63,478 nt of DNA. It comes from a virus (Duplodnaviria > Caudoviricetes). The notes under the pieces were generated by a model, which did not search any database, was not told the origin of the DNA, and saw only the letters and a program-made list of their open reading frames with translations. Positions 58,601 to 63,478 of the stretch are shown here, piece after piece. The position numbers were made by a program, and so were the translations under genes. Positions within the stretch are counted from its first letter, which is position 1; each line of letters begins with the position of its first letter. The stretch covers positions 1 to 63,478 of the IMG/VR virus record IMGVR_UViG_3300009596_000001; one strand, written 5' to 3'.

Positions 58601-61600
58601 TTCGTTGGCTCAAATGGGTGTTCCGAGCAACATTATTGAAGAAGCCGATAAGGCGATGTGGCAAGTTAAAGCAACCGTCAATGCAACTGTGAAAGAACTG
58701 ATGAAGCGACCAACATCACCACAAGCAGCAATGAAGCGTATCCGTGAAGTGTTAGGGCAAGCGCAAAAGGTAATCTCCAGATTGTTCAGTATGGTTGCTT
58801 ATACCCGTTACACTCCGCTGGCAAAGCAAATGAAGGGCAAACTTGCGCCTACAATGCTTGGTTCTCCGTTCCTTGCCCTTGAAGCCGATTTAAGACATAC
58901 TACCGTCCGCATGTATAACGAACCCTTTAGACAAGACTTCTTCTCTGCTGCATCTTCTACTTTCCCCGACGAAATCCTTGCGTTGCCTGAAGTTATTCAA
59001 CTGGAGAATGCACTTAACGCAGGTAAGGTTACCCCAATGCAAATGTTGGCAACTTTAGAAAGCAGAATGGATGCTTTGTTGACGGAGTTGGCGCAGGCTT
59101 CTGGCAGAAGAAAAGAAGAAATTGAAGCAGATTATAACAGGATACTTTATGCCGTCTACAAGTATGCAAGCAATACTGTTGATGATGCCCATAGGGTTCA
59201 CAGAGTGGAAGATGTTTTCGCCAAAGGTCTTGTCGCTTTGAATGCACCGGTAGTTTTAGACCCACGCAGGACAACATCGCCAGCAGTTGCACAAATAAGG
59301 ACAAAGTTGCTTAAACTTGCTGTTCCTTATGCCGTGTTGATGAACTACCTTGTAAAAATGTATGCTATGCGTGCATTTCTGGAAGATATGTATGTTGGCA
59401 TGGAGCCGTCTTTCGGCTTAACCGAAGAAAGATATGTGCCACAATGGCATGACTTGGCACTTAACCCCGGGACAGTCTTAGCGGATATGGTTCTTCAGAC
59501 TTTTGATAGATTGCCGACAAAGATGACTAAGAAACCGTTTGAGTTCAAGAGGACAGGTCTTGCGGAGATTAACGATGCCGATTTCAGAAATATCATGCGT
59601 CGTGGACTGTATGCTTTGGCTTCCAAGCATGTATTGAATAAGCATCGCCCTGTTGTTGAGGCTGTAATCGGTTTCATGCCGCCGCCGTTTAAACAAATGC
59701 TTGCGTGGCAATTAGCAAATACTCTTGCGCCTTTGCGTGTTGGAGAACAAGGTGGAATTCCATTGACTTACGAAATGGGAGAAGATATCGCCAATGCCAT
59801 CCAAGAAATGTTTAGCCTTGTCGGTCAATATTACCTGAACCAAATGCGTGCTATGGAAGGGTTGCCGCAAGATAAACTAACTGCAGTATTGTCAGCATTC
59901 CAAACTCAGTCTCTGATTTTCCAACTCAGGTCGCCATTCAGGCAAATGGGTTCATTGATTTATGCTGGAAGCGCTTTGTCCAGAGACTTTAACGACCCTG
60001 TTGCGTTCATCATGCCCATCCTGTTCTTCCCTCGTGCACTCAAGATTGTTAGCCAATACATGACAGGAAAGCAACCAAAACTTAATATCCTTGAGCGGGT
60101 TGTTCTGGAGAATTCGCCCGAATTGTTCTCCCGCAGAAGTGTAACCGAACGGGCAATATTGGAAGGTGCAAGGGAAGCAATTAACACGATAATGATGCAT
60201 CCAGAAGGTGCGAAGGCTGTAGAGATACTGTTAGACCCAACGGCAAGCAGGGCTGACAAGGATAAAGCGATGGACTTCATCCAGCAGGTGTTTATTGTTG
60301 GCGGCGAACCGACAAGGCGGAACAAGTTTAAGTCCGCTGTCAGTAAATGGGGCTTCTTCTTGTTGAGGTTAATGGATGAAGCAGCGGTTTTGGCAACAAA
60401 ATTGGCAGCAGTCCACACTTACATGGCACATCAAGATGTAACTGGAACTTATGACTTTAACACTATTCATGCAGCAATTAACTACGGTTCTGCTTTTAGC
60501 GAACGAGTTCACGCAACACCACTTGAAGGTTACAGACCAACCCTGTTCAGAGGACCGGCTGAAAGGAAACTTTCAATCAAACACCTATTCTTCATCCCGC
60601 AAGTGTTCAGTCAGTTCCTTGTCTACACATTCGCAACAGCGGACAACTTCAGGATGATGCTTGGCGATATCTACGACAATATCGTCAGGAAAGACATTCC
60701 TTTGAAGGAAAAGATTGCAAACCTTGCAACAGCAGCAACGGCAATTATGGCATTGCAGTTAGGAACTGCTATCTTCAACGGTGTCTGGGTTGGTCTAACT
60801 CAGCGTGTCCTTGAAGACCAACCCATCGGAATTTGGACGAAAGAGGAAGAAGAAAGGGATGTTTTAGGCACATTTGAAGGTATGGCTGCTGCAATGACCA
60901 AATCGGCTATGCCAAGACCCGCATCTTTCGTTATTTCCTACTTCCTTGCATTGACGCCGCTTCGGTCAATGATACTCAAGAAAACTTTGTTGGGTAACCT
61001 AACAGAACGAGACTTGCCGCCGTTAATGCGGTTGGGTTATCGGAGTTTGGGCGAGACAATAAGTATCTTAAGCAACCTTACCGCAATTTCCGATACCGCT
61101 GGGGAAGATAAAGGCATCCTGCAGAAACTTTGGGATGCTGTTACAGTGACATATCCGAGAGAGCAAATTCCAAGCACCTTGATTGACCTTGCACAATTTG
61201 CAAGCATCCTTGCCGCTCCATATGTCCCAGAGGCTGGCTTGTTGCCGTTCGGGCTTGTTTCCCCAGCAGTAAGGGCTGTTATAGGCAGCGAGGAACTTCC
61301 TGTCGCAGCGGAGATTACCGAAACATTCGCAGGGCGACCTACAGCAGCAAAGATAGTTCAATCCATGACAGGAATTCCCGCACCGTTTGGATACTCAGAG
61401 ATATGGTCGCCAGCACCGGCAGATATTGCATTCAGGTCGGCAGAAAGAAGTCCAATTAGGATGGCTTACAAATTCGTGAATGAAACTGAAAGAAGCACAG
61501 CGGCTGCTTATGTGGCAGAATTAGTTAGGGTCGCAAGAACAACAAGAATTGGACCGACCTTAAATGCTATCAGGCACTTACTCAATCCATCGTTCTATTT

Positions 61601-62054
61601 GGCTATCCAATCTCCGACAAGACTTGATGCTGTGCCCGAAGGGGTTTCCGAAAGGCATCCGTTTGTTGCAGCAGTCACAAAACTACATAAAGCGTTGCAA
61701 TCTCCAACTGAAGATGAATTTATCGCATTTGTGCGAAATAACCCATATGACTTTGCTTGGCTCAATGTTATGTGGGGCTACGATTACATAATGGACAAGT
61801 GGATTTCGGGTGCAGGTAAGCCAGAGTGGCATAAACACTACAGAAACACAAATGTCCTTGCTGCTGCGTTGGCATCACAAGGTATGAACCCGCAGGCAGT
61901 ATCGGCTTTGGTGCAAATCTTGGAGACTTCAAAGGAACACAATGTAGCGAAATTCTTGGATGCCCATATAATTAGGTTGCGTGAAAGAGAGACCCTTAGA
62001 CAAACGGTAAGAAAGCGTGCCAGACTTCAGCATCTAAAAGGAGGGGGTAGTTGA
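46641..62054 (+). CDS. Giant (5137 aa) polyvalent internal virion protein: N-terminal lytic transglycosylase-like domain, central HExxH zincin
   Basis: IMNLEGG...SYGPFQIN...ASWNA at the N-terminus; LHEVFH (52188-52202); uninterrupted 15.4-kb ORF; GGAGGTG RBS before GTG. Confidence 0.85.
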   Translation: MRKQRTDVFDKNFVASMLFEEGLRAGVPLPSLFSWFYIMNLEGGSPYAVTVEGNKTRSYGPFQINDVHAEEIRKMGLRFPQDIYATRDLPPEEVRRRIQNHIRYVIQRDKQIRERLKALNPQLYNAVFNVEFGQVNPMALQHLIGYYMASWNAPAFADNVARGDFRPLAPGVAVYRLADARRRQEAFREAIQMWQNITQSYVRQQSERVYGEVSKAISAALDAGRIRVRTGRVPVSAVSPYQIRDAIVPNVISVIPQVSQAAKMLSPEHIRRLRQEFPEVESMIPVTTKTPHEYVAALSLIGELAKQRTEFAQAWNLLPKPVRQQILSTIVNYSHKVSGARDEKAKKRMIVEATTQLAAMLTPRGAVEETKRFASALGQEVWGFITGVVKEAVSIPAIFVAAAKSGELKKVWSYLDKVRSTRKGVDKVAAEIAYAAVHNNPAISFAWGGIVKGLAHMVGSVLVGIPEKIFEYVPDKVPGAKVIKQKLQEALQFIDKSLGPMIVSESIKLSKDPNFRKQHLDDAVMFLAASGLRHLLDVRAGRYIPTEQGWELYTATLLQGRVYEILNNALRTQTGDHWAFRLISEANLTDYRATGPLIGIFATGGLLGAAKLARMALSGIKAAEAPVAAAALAETGNLEAALMIGRGLGNLTARQRLVHGALATAQAIITPGHMFERFFTRVGLNTALKRMGIDGIEGLRAIAATEGYQAALDILHQVAPKVSGFSKIASSFITGAAYTWGGMPSHFSSPGEAIGHFVGGTLVNMLFDLPYIYHGSVELIKGTKKPRHEILRNPAFAPIIAAVYEEGFIQQALRNPDIFKMFIDPRILTRLHAVADLNAMERTFTPKKQSRALFVLNIPTENEVRTSKRIEETYARAYEALPPSDVELVGRMLHAYKLFEDAKEAARKKHKLPQDVEKPEDMTIEEWHREIVRIWGEKMFKEQVWGKKFDIRDLAKATAALHILTHARWFADFFYSEDPEAAQQMFRQVLWYGLNRLRSALDAVKDVKPHTAVEEDNLYHSIVDRFISEFYGGFPVIGELMKSLMAHQLTLFGAVKIAEGAKIAGKSPEMLVEQADIAIREMNRIFMRNLPEYLIRYTQGLSVEGVRELWEKTVEPEMKQQISLVVEPSTIVTYAKELLDELTAKLRKGRAAAQFVTPWRRMIRALNALDAAIRAEKRQQEAKKFAEEKAIEEVMKAQQAAEGQVTGEAPVQEPTTIEVPPEQKLTQQPTVEQVEKPTTPHGEGIIRAGVTYPAVSSLLKPAEYVPMRRWTDMRDWGDDYLPAPMMEDKITVLPNEMWRNAWMSLPERPANIEEYIRALDIATTSFALSFFMHPEVQPKFFGSHIPSIAIVSADLARKIKENPYYTSQFHIVAVDAGPVQERSPYETDEVLLIMGSNQHWTPESLRRFAQSVQTIFWSQKIPHEFWEFVLDAWSRVDKKDMPNIVRFLFAALPGINETPILRQRMGLDNDAVWERVVEFINEDPEFFYGDWLKKNIEEIVNGIIQRELTHFGVSPAFNLPERVIDGLRAARSIFPLETPYQAIANAMLIISATPIRSEYHSRMLKSPAAYLVKALVPDTVRGDWRETMRTIREQFFIPYLQAYLFGSRREGKVEVVEGEWDIRVDRNTNTVVFSIPPEEEASFWAYYALAVQTASEFYDTRYLLPSRTSPSRADLFNFSPPRLFEEFIRSRAPQQVVDKLEQVSEIAQLGRINELRGISLEPIDVAVEYQSIAGFAWAVPEVTASIIRSHTEYLRDILRHDLSRSPELLRVIERISGKEGLDNVVEWLEKNIQVLLIAQSMAPVAFTLGPAHDLPIAGAFIPHSFSHPARPLKSFLWFSTLSSLISKSLHEVFHLITHVDEQPTFRTLVDALNRAEPETRRNAILFILNLADQLLSAGTKWASLYGVSLLYLLKSIDPQLGKLSRAVIPISGDFYDGVISALNGLESRVRDLAKPLGIDADVMFRPLFDVTGRLKDMLEMSKRLAAMVSDGLGVTFTQTVETARAFLEMVEQGTFVDPQLFAQFARAYPEQAALIRQVITEQVVNADLKAIKDMVDYYDTTNTPIDAVEYFARREGIPLDEVFRHREYLLDPTEIMSYWGYDFSAIIQFLASKYPDEFAAFVEVLSQVYPASERLVSDAFVELVRSPMTAQLYDQAVQYIRQLGLDTVFNPRECIKAMFALSARLGQNINLLDIITPLMDKIVDDTTARWLYAGISPIIPTTLPHRRFYAKGPSAVEEAMKRFPELFEPKEEPTVEPKEEPKVEEPKPEEVTKPPEAPEEDRTAEILQKIMYRTVLPQETVQTLMKLAKAPLPQIRSISELQSRLREAMERFVVEMEAGVKVRYDDFMMKTIAELPDDISYPQFLAQAALRKSNVDPVARLLLTDERYERARVIALSLTAQVFEIFRSMGFLHPLSEAVNFMQERTGGWTKRMVNAISARLGAYWNVVEQFLTEGEQNRRLQRRILGEIGVKPLSAKELGVFLFTKAMEDIQFIALKYADQLLTQIEQTYTRRVREAVRSERPSLRRRLISLLEKNLLPYIDRSDAELEGVLSRAADAVVKLSRQPYKEYLPIQVDEGQVLAQVAEKLKIITATLKQHPPENRPAVLRRLIGGILDRAVLATFSRKFTEKERAHLRGLLAHAIVNDIINFTYSDRVLSTLTENIAAMNAMLRRRLVPNPFSSAEQFAKFNGLPAEAVNVVLRRGREKWREFVENLYSYRSLADVWKAIGNFVSEVSAIKTHHQIDVNPFGEFMLMYARDIVVPKERWEPPETALPPLTTRDEVNRVAETLPFSYAELAREPSDVVQLFVGFKNVLSEVMGWMSRILQSEMSYEPPETFQPPRTFRSIFYPVLEPDKLFKHPVALSSDRIVIVALVHDILSDILHGSEKDSAWERGVYDAILRNLSSFHKGALKNPAAVTRLEGDEAVLWGYAKEILKTDNTVIQDLQALGYGIADAYITQITMGEAIDIFAFMQERIQRGLAEIIQRHPKITDLLSQIRGSDPEKAQKFRDILEGITMSYIAEKLTSELIKERKPKHIHKPWEELLTEEDRQLFNELRNTFSILNLAAVFDRADRISRRLLWTDPQDVRAHQLFEFLDAAWHYKIMQPIRRLPVYRYSQTASLIENAQFVLSALPSLLERGLISIADRNKAEVALRKFLEDASQLERDPQGRLIMPVEIANNLFRALNELGAKVFRMLAYNTARVEIPAKDQHTLEFRYFGDLVAFAKARSILGFEYGKRLKEFYEAYNQLYHQIPQSMRRGIPTPENLTRVAAAAALESVEYVLNTSKIDENVLTQPIIEVIAGMFQKIFAYYDNQFKQLRSRFATPQTMEEGKRVVVKGEDMMVYAHHFKTTADEFIKAITGLGNLFNLYHQVLDFSQKEYPRTIGVEYMLEDLINAWITFGAPRREIRRKQLDDIRKQLEAVNEYDLPEEESIKIEHIISSLDEENIWGMIIGVEDEETGEIKRYGLHHLSEKTLNLPEIREVVNILLEYYRHRMTHWLIGQRIGHFPAPVKEAIIETLRAIAEQRQSAKRQIEQITQTLERMDAGRILTKFLYALSAGATLATVAPYIPELVFNVFPAMLHDIGRGISQMVHLSMTNPMWVTTMLGGALALLFRSRRLGGISNILGGLLVSISRWMNTQLPNIRQALQGVGSEIVNKITTSMGSYWGALAAALVNSIEVPSVYNDILVAQMTANTVNQMTFKGSFPGSGKPSRQMAEDIVNHSWASAVLQQGSLLGAAIHDLAKATEARLIMKHGIPEFLQNPNKQESLIWDLAVLKALSLLSRHGQAALQQPFKNFYKRSPIALAAASVIDPATGQRVRLALTTNVAEVTIQGTKVVLDNVTLGDVIRYGLGGVTTADVDALFNATSPAAFKAALRRLYSNHRAALQHRIRTGLLAHMDEKSVQAIRFVSDWILPIAKGLMLPKEKPYLAVALANSREAQLAYLMNLRYLQLIMSLPFTRDLLAPLGFDANSLARELNAVWSSLAQMGVPSNIIEEADKAMWQVKATVNATVKELMKRPTSPQAAMKRIREVLGQAQKVISRLFSMVAYTRYTPLAKQMKGKLAPTMLGSPFLALEADLRHTTVRMYNEPFRQDFFSAASSTFPDEILALPEVIQLENALNAGKVTPMQMLATLESRMDALLTELAQASGRRKEEIEADYNRILYAVYKYASNTVDDAHRVHRVEDVFAKGLVALNAPVVLDPRRTTSPAVAQIRTKLLKLAVPYAVLMNYLVKMYAMRAFLEDMYVGMEPSFGLTEERYVPQWHDLALNPGTVLADMVLQTFDRLPTKMTKKPFEFKRTGLAEINDADFRNIMRRGLYALASKHVLNKHRPVVEAVIGFMPPPFKQMLAWQLANTLAPLRVGEQGGIPLTYEMGEDIANAIQEMFSLVGQYYLNQMRAMEGLPQDKLTAVLSAFQTQSLIFQLRSPFRQMGSLIYAGSALSRDFNDPVAFIMPILFFPRALKIVSQYMTGKQPKLNILERVVLENSPELFSRRSVTERAILEGAREAINTIMMHPEGAKAVEILLDPTASRADKDKAMDFIQQVFIVGGEPTRRNKFKSAVSKWGFFLLRLMDEAAVLATKLAAVHTYMAHQDVTGTYDFNTIHAAINYGSAFSERVHATPLEGYRPTLFRGPAERKLSIKHLFFIPQVFSQFLVYTFATADNFRMMLGDIYDNIVRKDIPLKEKIANLATAATAIMALQLGTAIFNGVWVGLTQRVLEDQPIGIWTKEEEERDVLGTFEGMAAAMTKSAMPRPASFVISYFLALTPLRSMILKKTLLGNLTERDLPPLMRLGYRSLGETISILSNLTAISDTAGEDKGILQKLWDAVTVTYPREQIPSTLIDLAQFASILAAPYVPEAGLLPFGLVSPAVRAVIGSEELPVAAEITETFAGRPTAAKIVQSMTGIPAPFGYSEIWSPAPADIAFRSAERSPIRMAYKFVNETERSTAAAYVAELVRVARTTRIGPTLNAIRHLLNPSFYLAIQSPTRLDAVPEGVSERHPFVAAVTKLHKALQSPTEDEFIAFVRNNPYDFAWLNVMWGYDYIMDKWISGAGKPEWHKHYRNTNVLAAALASQGMNPQAVSALVQILETSKEHNVAKFLDAHIIRLRERETLRQTVRKRARLQHLKGGGS

Positions 62055-63451
62055 TGCCTAAGGGTAAGTTTCTAATCTACAGCACAGAAGGTTGGGGTTG
62101 GAATATAGCGCCACTTCTGAAAGAAGCGGGGCATGAAGCCGTAGTCTATATTGCAGACGAGGAAATTAAGCATGTTGGGGATGGTTTGTGCGATAAAGTG
62201 GATGATTGGAGAGAAGTTTTGGGAACTGACAGATATAGGGAGTGGATTGTCGTTTGGGATAACATCAAGCACGGAGAAGTAGCAGATATGCTTAGAAGAG
62301 AGGGTTGGAGAGTATGGGGCGGCGGTCGGTTTGCCGATAAGTTGGAAAAAGACAGAGAGTTCGGGCGGATGTTTGCAGAAAGAGCGGGATTGAATGTTCC
62401 GCCAACCCAAACTTTTCCCAATGCAAGGGCTGCATTGGAGTTTGTTAGGGCTAATCCAGACAGATATGTCCTTAAACCCCACGACAACAAGATTGCTGTT
62501 TATGTTGCTTATGGTGTTGAAGATGCCGAAGAAATGTTGGAATATTGGGCAAACATGACAGATTTGGAAGACACTCAAGTAGATGTCCAGAAATACATTG
62601 TGGGGCGAAATGTTGATGTTGAGGTATGGTGGCACAACGGTGTGATGATAGGACCGCCCAACTACGACATTGAAACGAAGTTCTTTTACCCTGACGATAT
62701 GGGACCGATTGTTGGCTGCATGACTTCTGTGGTTTGGTGGTCTGATAAGGCATCAAGGGGATGGGATGTGCTTAAGCAGATAAAACCTTTAATGCAAAGA
62801 ATTAAGTGGACGGGTCCTATTTCAGCGAACATAATTGTGGAAGAAACTACGCACAAACTTTATGTTCTTGAGTGGACACCAAGGTTCGGTTATAATGCTT
62901 ACTACTGCTTGTGGGAATTGTATTCTGATTGGGGCGAATTGTTTATGAGGACTTTTGAAGCGACAGAAGACCTTATCTTACCCGTTAACACCCATCAGTT
63001 CGGTGTAGCAGCAGAAGTTTCAATCGCTCCTTATCCGTTTGAAAGCCCCGATAAAGAACTCATGCGGAAAGTTTATTCCACATTAGACGGAATGCCTTTG
63101 CACTTTGAAGACAACTACCCCGCAAAAGTTTACCCTTGTGATGCTCGTTTGGATGCTAACGGAAGGATTGTTTGTGCGGGTTTGAATGGAATTGTTGCAG
63201 AGGTTGTTGCTGTGGACGAAAATCCCGAGGCTGCTTGGGAAAGAGTTGTGGCAACGGTCAAGCAACTAAAAATCCCCACAAAACAAGCGAGAATAGCCGA
63301 TGGGATTAAGGATTTTCAAGAGTGGTTTACAAAGTTTAGAGATTGGAAAATTGTTGGAGACATAACTCCATTAAGCGAAAGGTCACTACGAGGGATAAAC
63401 AGGGAAGACATGCAACCTCCGGGTAGGGGACTTCTACAAATTTGGAGGTGA
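62054..63451 (+). CDS. ATP-grasp ligase, phosphoribosylamine-glycine ligase (PurD)-like
   Basis: LEKDREFG, VPPT..F, YVLKP, VQKYIVG, ETK...DMGPIVGCM (cf. PurD GPNTGGMG), LEWTPRFGY. Confidence 0.85.
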   Translation: MPKGKFLIYSTEGWGWNIAPLLKEAGHEAVVYIADEEIKHVGDGLCDKVDDWREVLGTDRYREWIVVWDNIKHGEVADMLRREGWRVWGGGRFADKLEKDREFGRMFAERAGLNVPPTQTFPNARAALEFVRANPDRYVLKPHDNKIAVYVAYGVEDAEEMLEYWANMTDLEDTQVDVQKYIVGRNVDVEVWWHNGVMIGPPNYDIETKFFYPDDMGPIVGCMTSVVWWSDKASRGWDVLKQIKPLMQRIKWTGPISANIIVEETTHKLYVLEWTPRFGYNAYYCLWELYSDWGELFMRTFEATEDLILPVNTHQFGVAAEVSIAPYPFESPDKELMRKVYSTLDGMPLHFEDNYPAKVYPCDARLDANGRIVCAGLNGIVAEVVAVDENPEAAWERVVATVKQLKIPTKQARIADGIKDFQEWFTKFRDWKIVGDITPLSERSLRGINREDMQPPGRGLLQIWR

Positions 63452-63478
63452 CCTTTCTTGATTAAAATCTTCACTGCC
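63356..63478. repeat. Terminal direct repeat, right copy
   Basis: Identical to 1-123. Confidence 0.95.

Noticed and set aside
47893-61791. Numerous short antisense or alternate-frame ORFs within the giant gene
   Set aside because: Shadow ORFs without RBS or motifs
46641-62054. Virion RNA polymerase call for the giant protein
   Set aside because: No DxDGD/DFDID or convincing T7-type motifs found by eye
63356-63478. 123-bp terminal repeat as a biological DTR
   Set aside because: It falls inside a gene and its length is typical of assembler overlap; it indicates circularity only

Overview
This window appears to be a complete, circularly assembled tailed-phage genome of about 63.36 kb: nt 1-123 are identical to nt 63356-63478. 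It has podovirus-like architecture and no recognisable integrase, repressor, DNA polymerase, tRNA or rRNA. The leftward (-) arm (about 1.5-23.4 kb) carries the early and replication genes: small early ORFs, a MoxR-type AAA ATPase with a vWA/HExxH partner, a tandem array of 6-9 paralogous ~170-aa CxxC/H/H proteins, a metallophosphoesterase, a RuvC-like resolvase, a putative origin, a primase-helicase, a pyruvoyl-dependent arginine decarboxylase-like gene, a Bet recombinase, a Cas4-like nuclease and a Dam-like methylase. The rightward (+) arm (about 24.3 kb through the junction to 1.58 kb) carries the late genes: NlpC/P60 lysin, terminase, portal, two glycosyltransferases, fibre-like proteins, two protamine-like proteins, scaffold, capsid, adaptor, nozzle, ejection proteins, a 5137-aa polyvalent protein, a PurD-like ATP-grasp enzyme, a lipoprotein glycosidase and a secreted trypsin-like protease. 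The most unusual signals are (i) three CRISPR-repeat-like solitary units that punctuate the early gene cassettes, each with an altered 8-nt handle running into a GATAT hairpin, (ii) two tandem promoter-sRNA-terminator cassettes whose RNAs are antisense to RBS/start-codon regions, and (iii) the paralog array directly downstream of the MoxR/vWA pair. All family calls come from motif recognition by eye; no searches were run.
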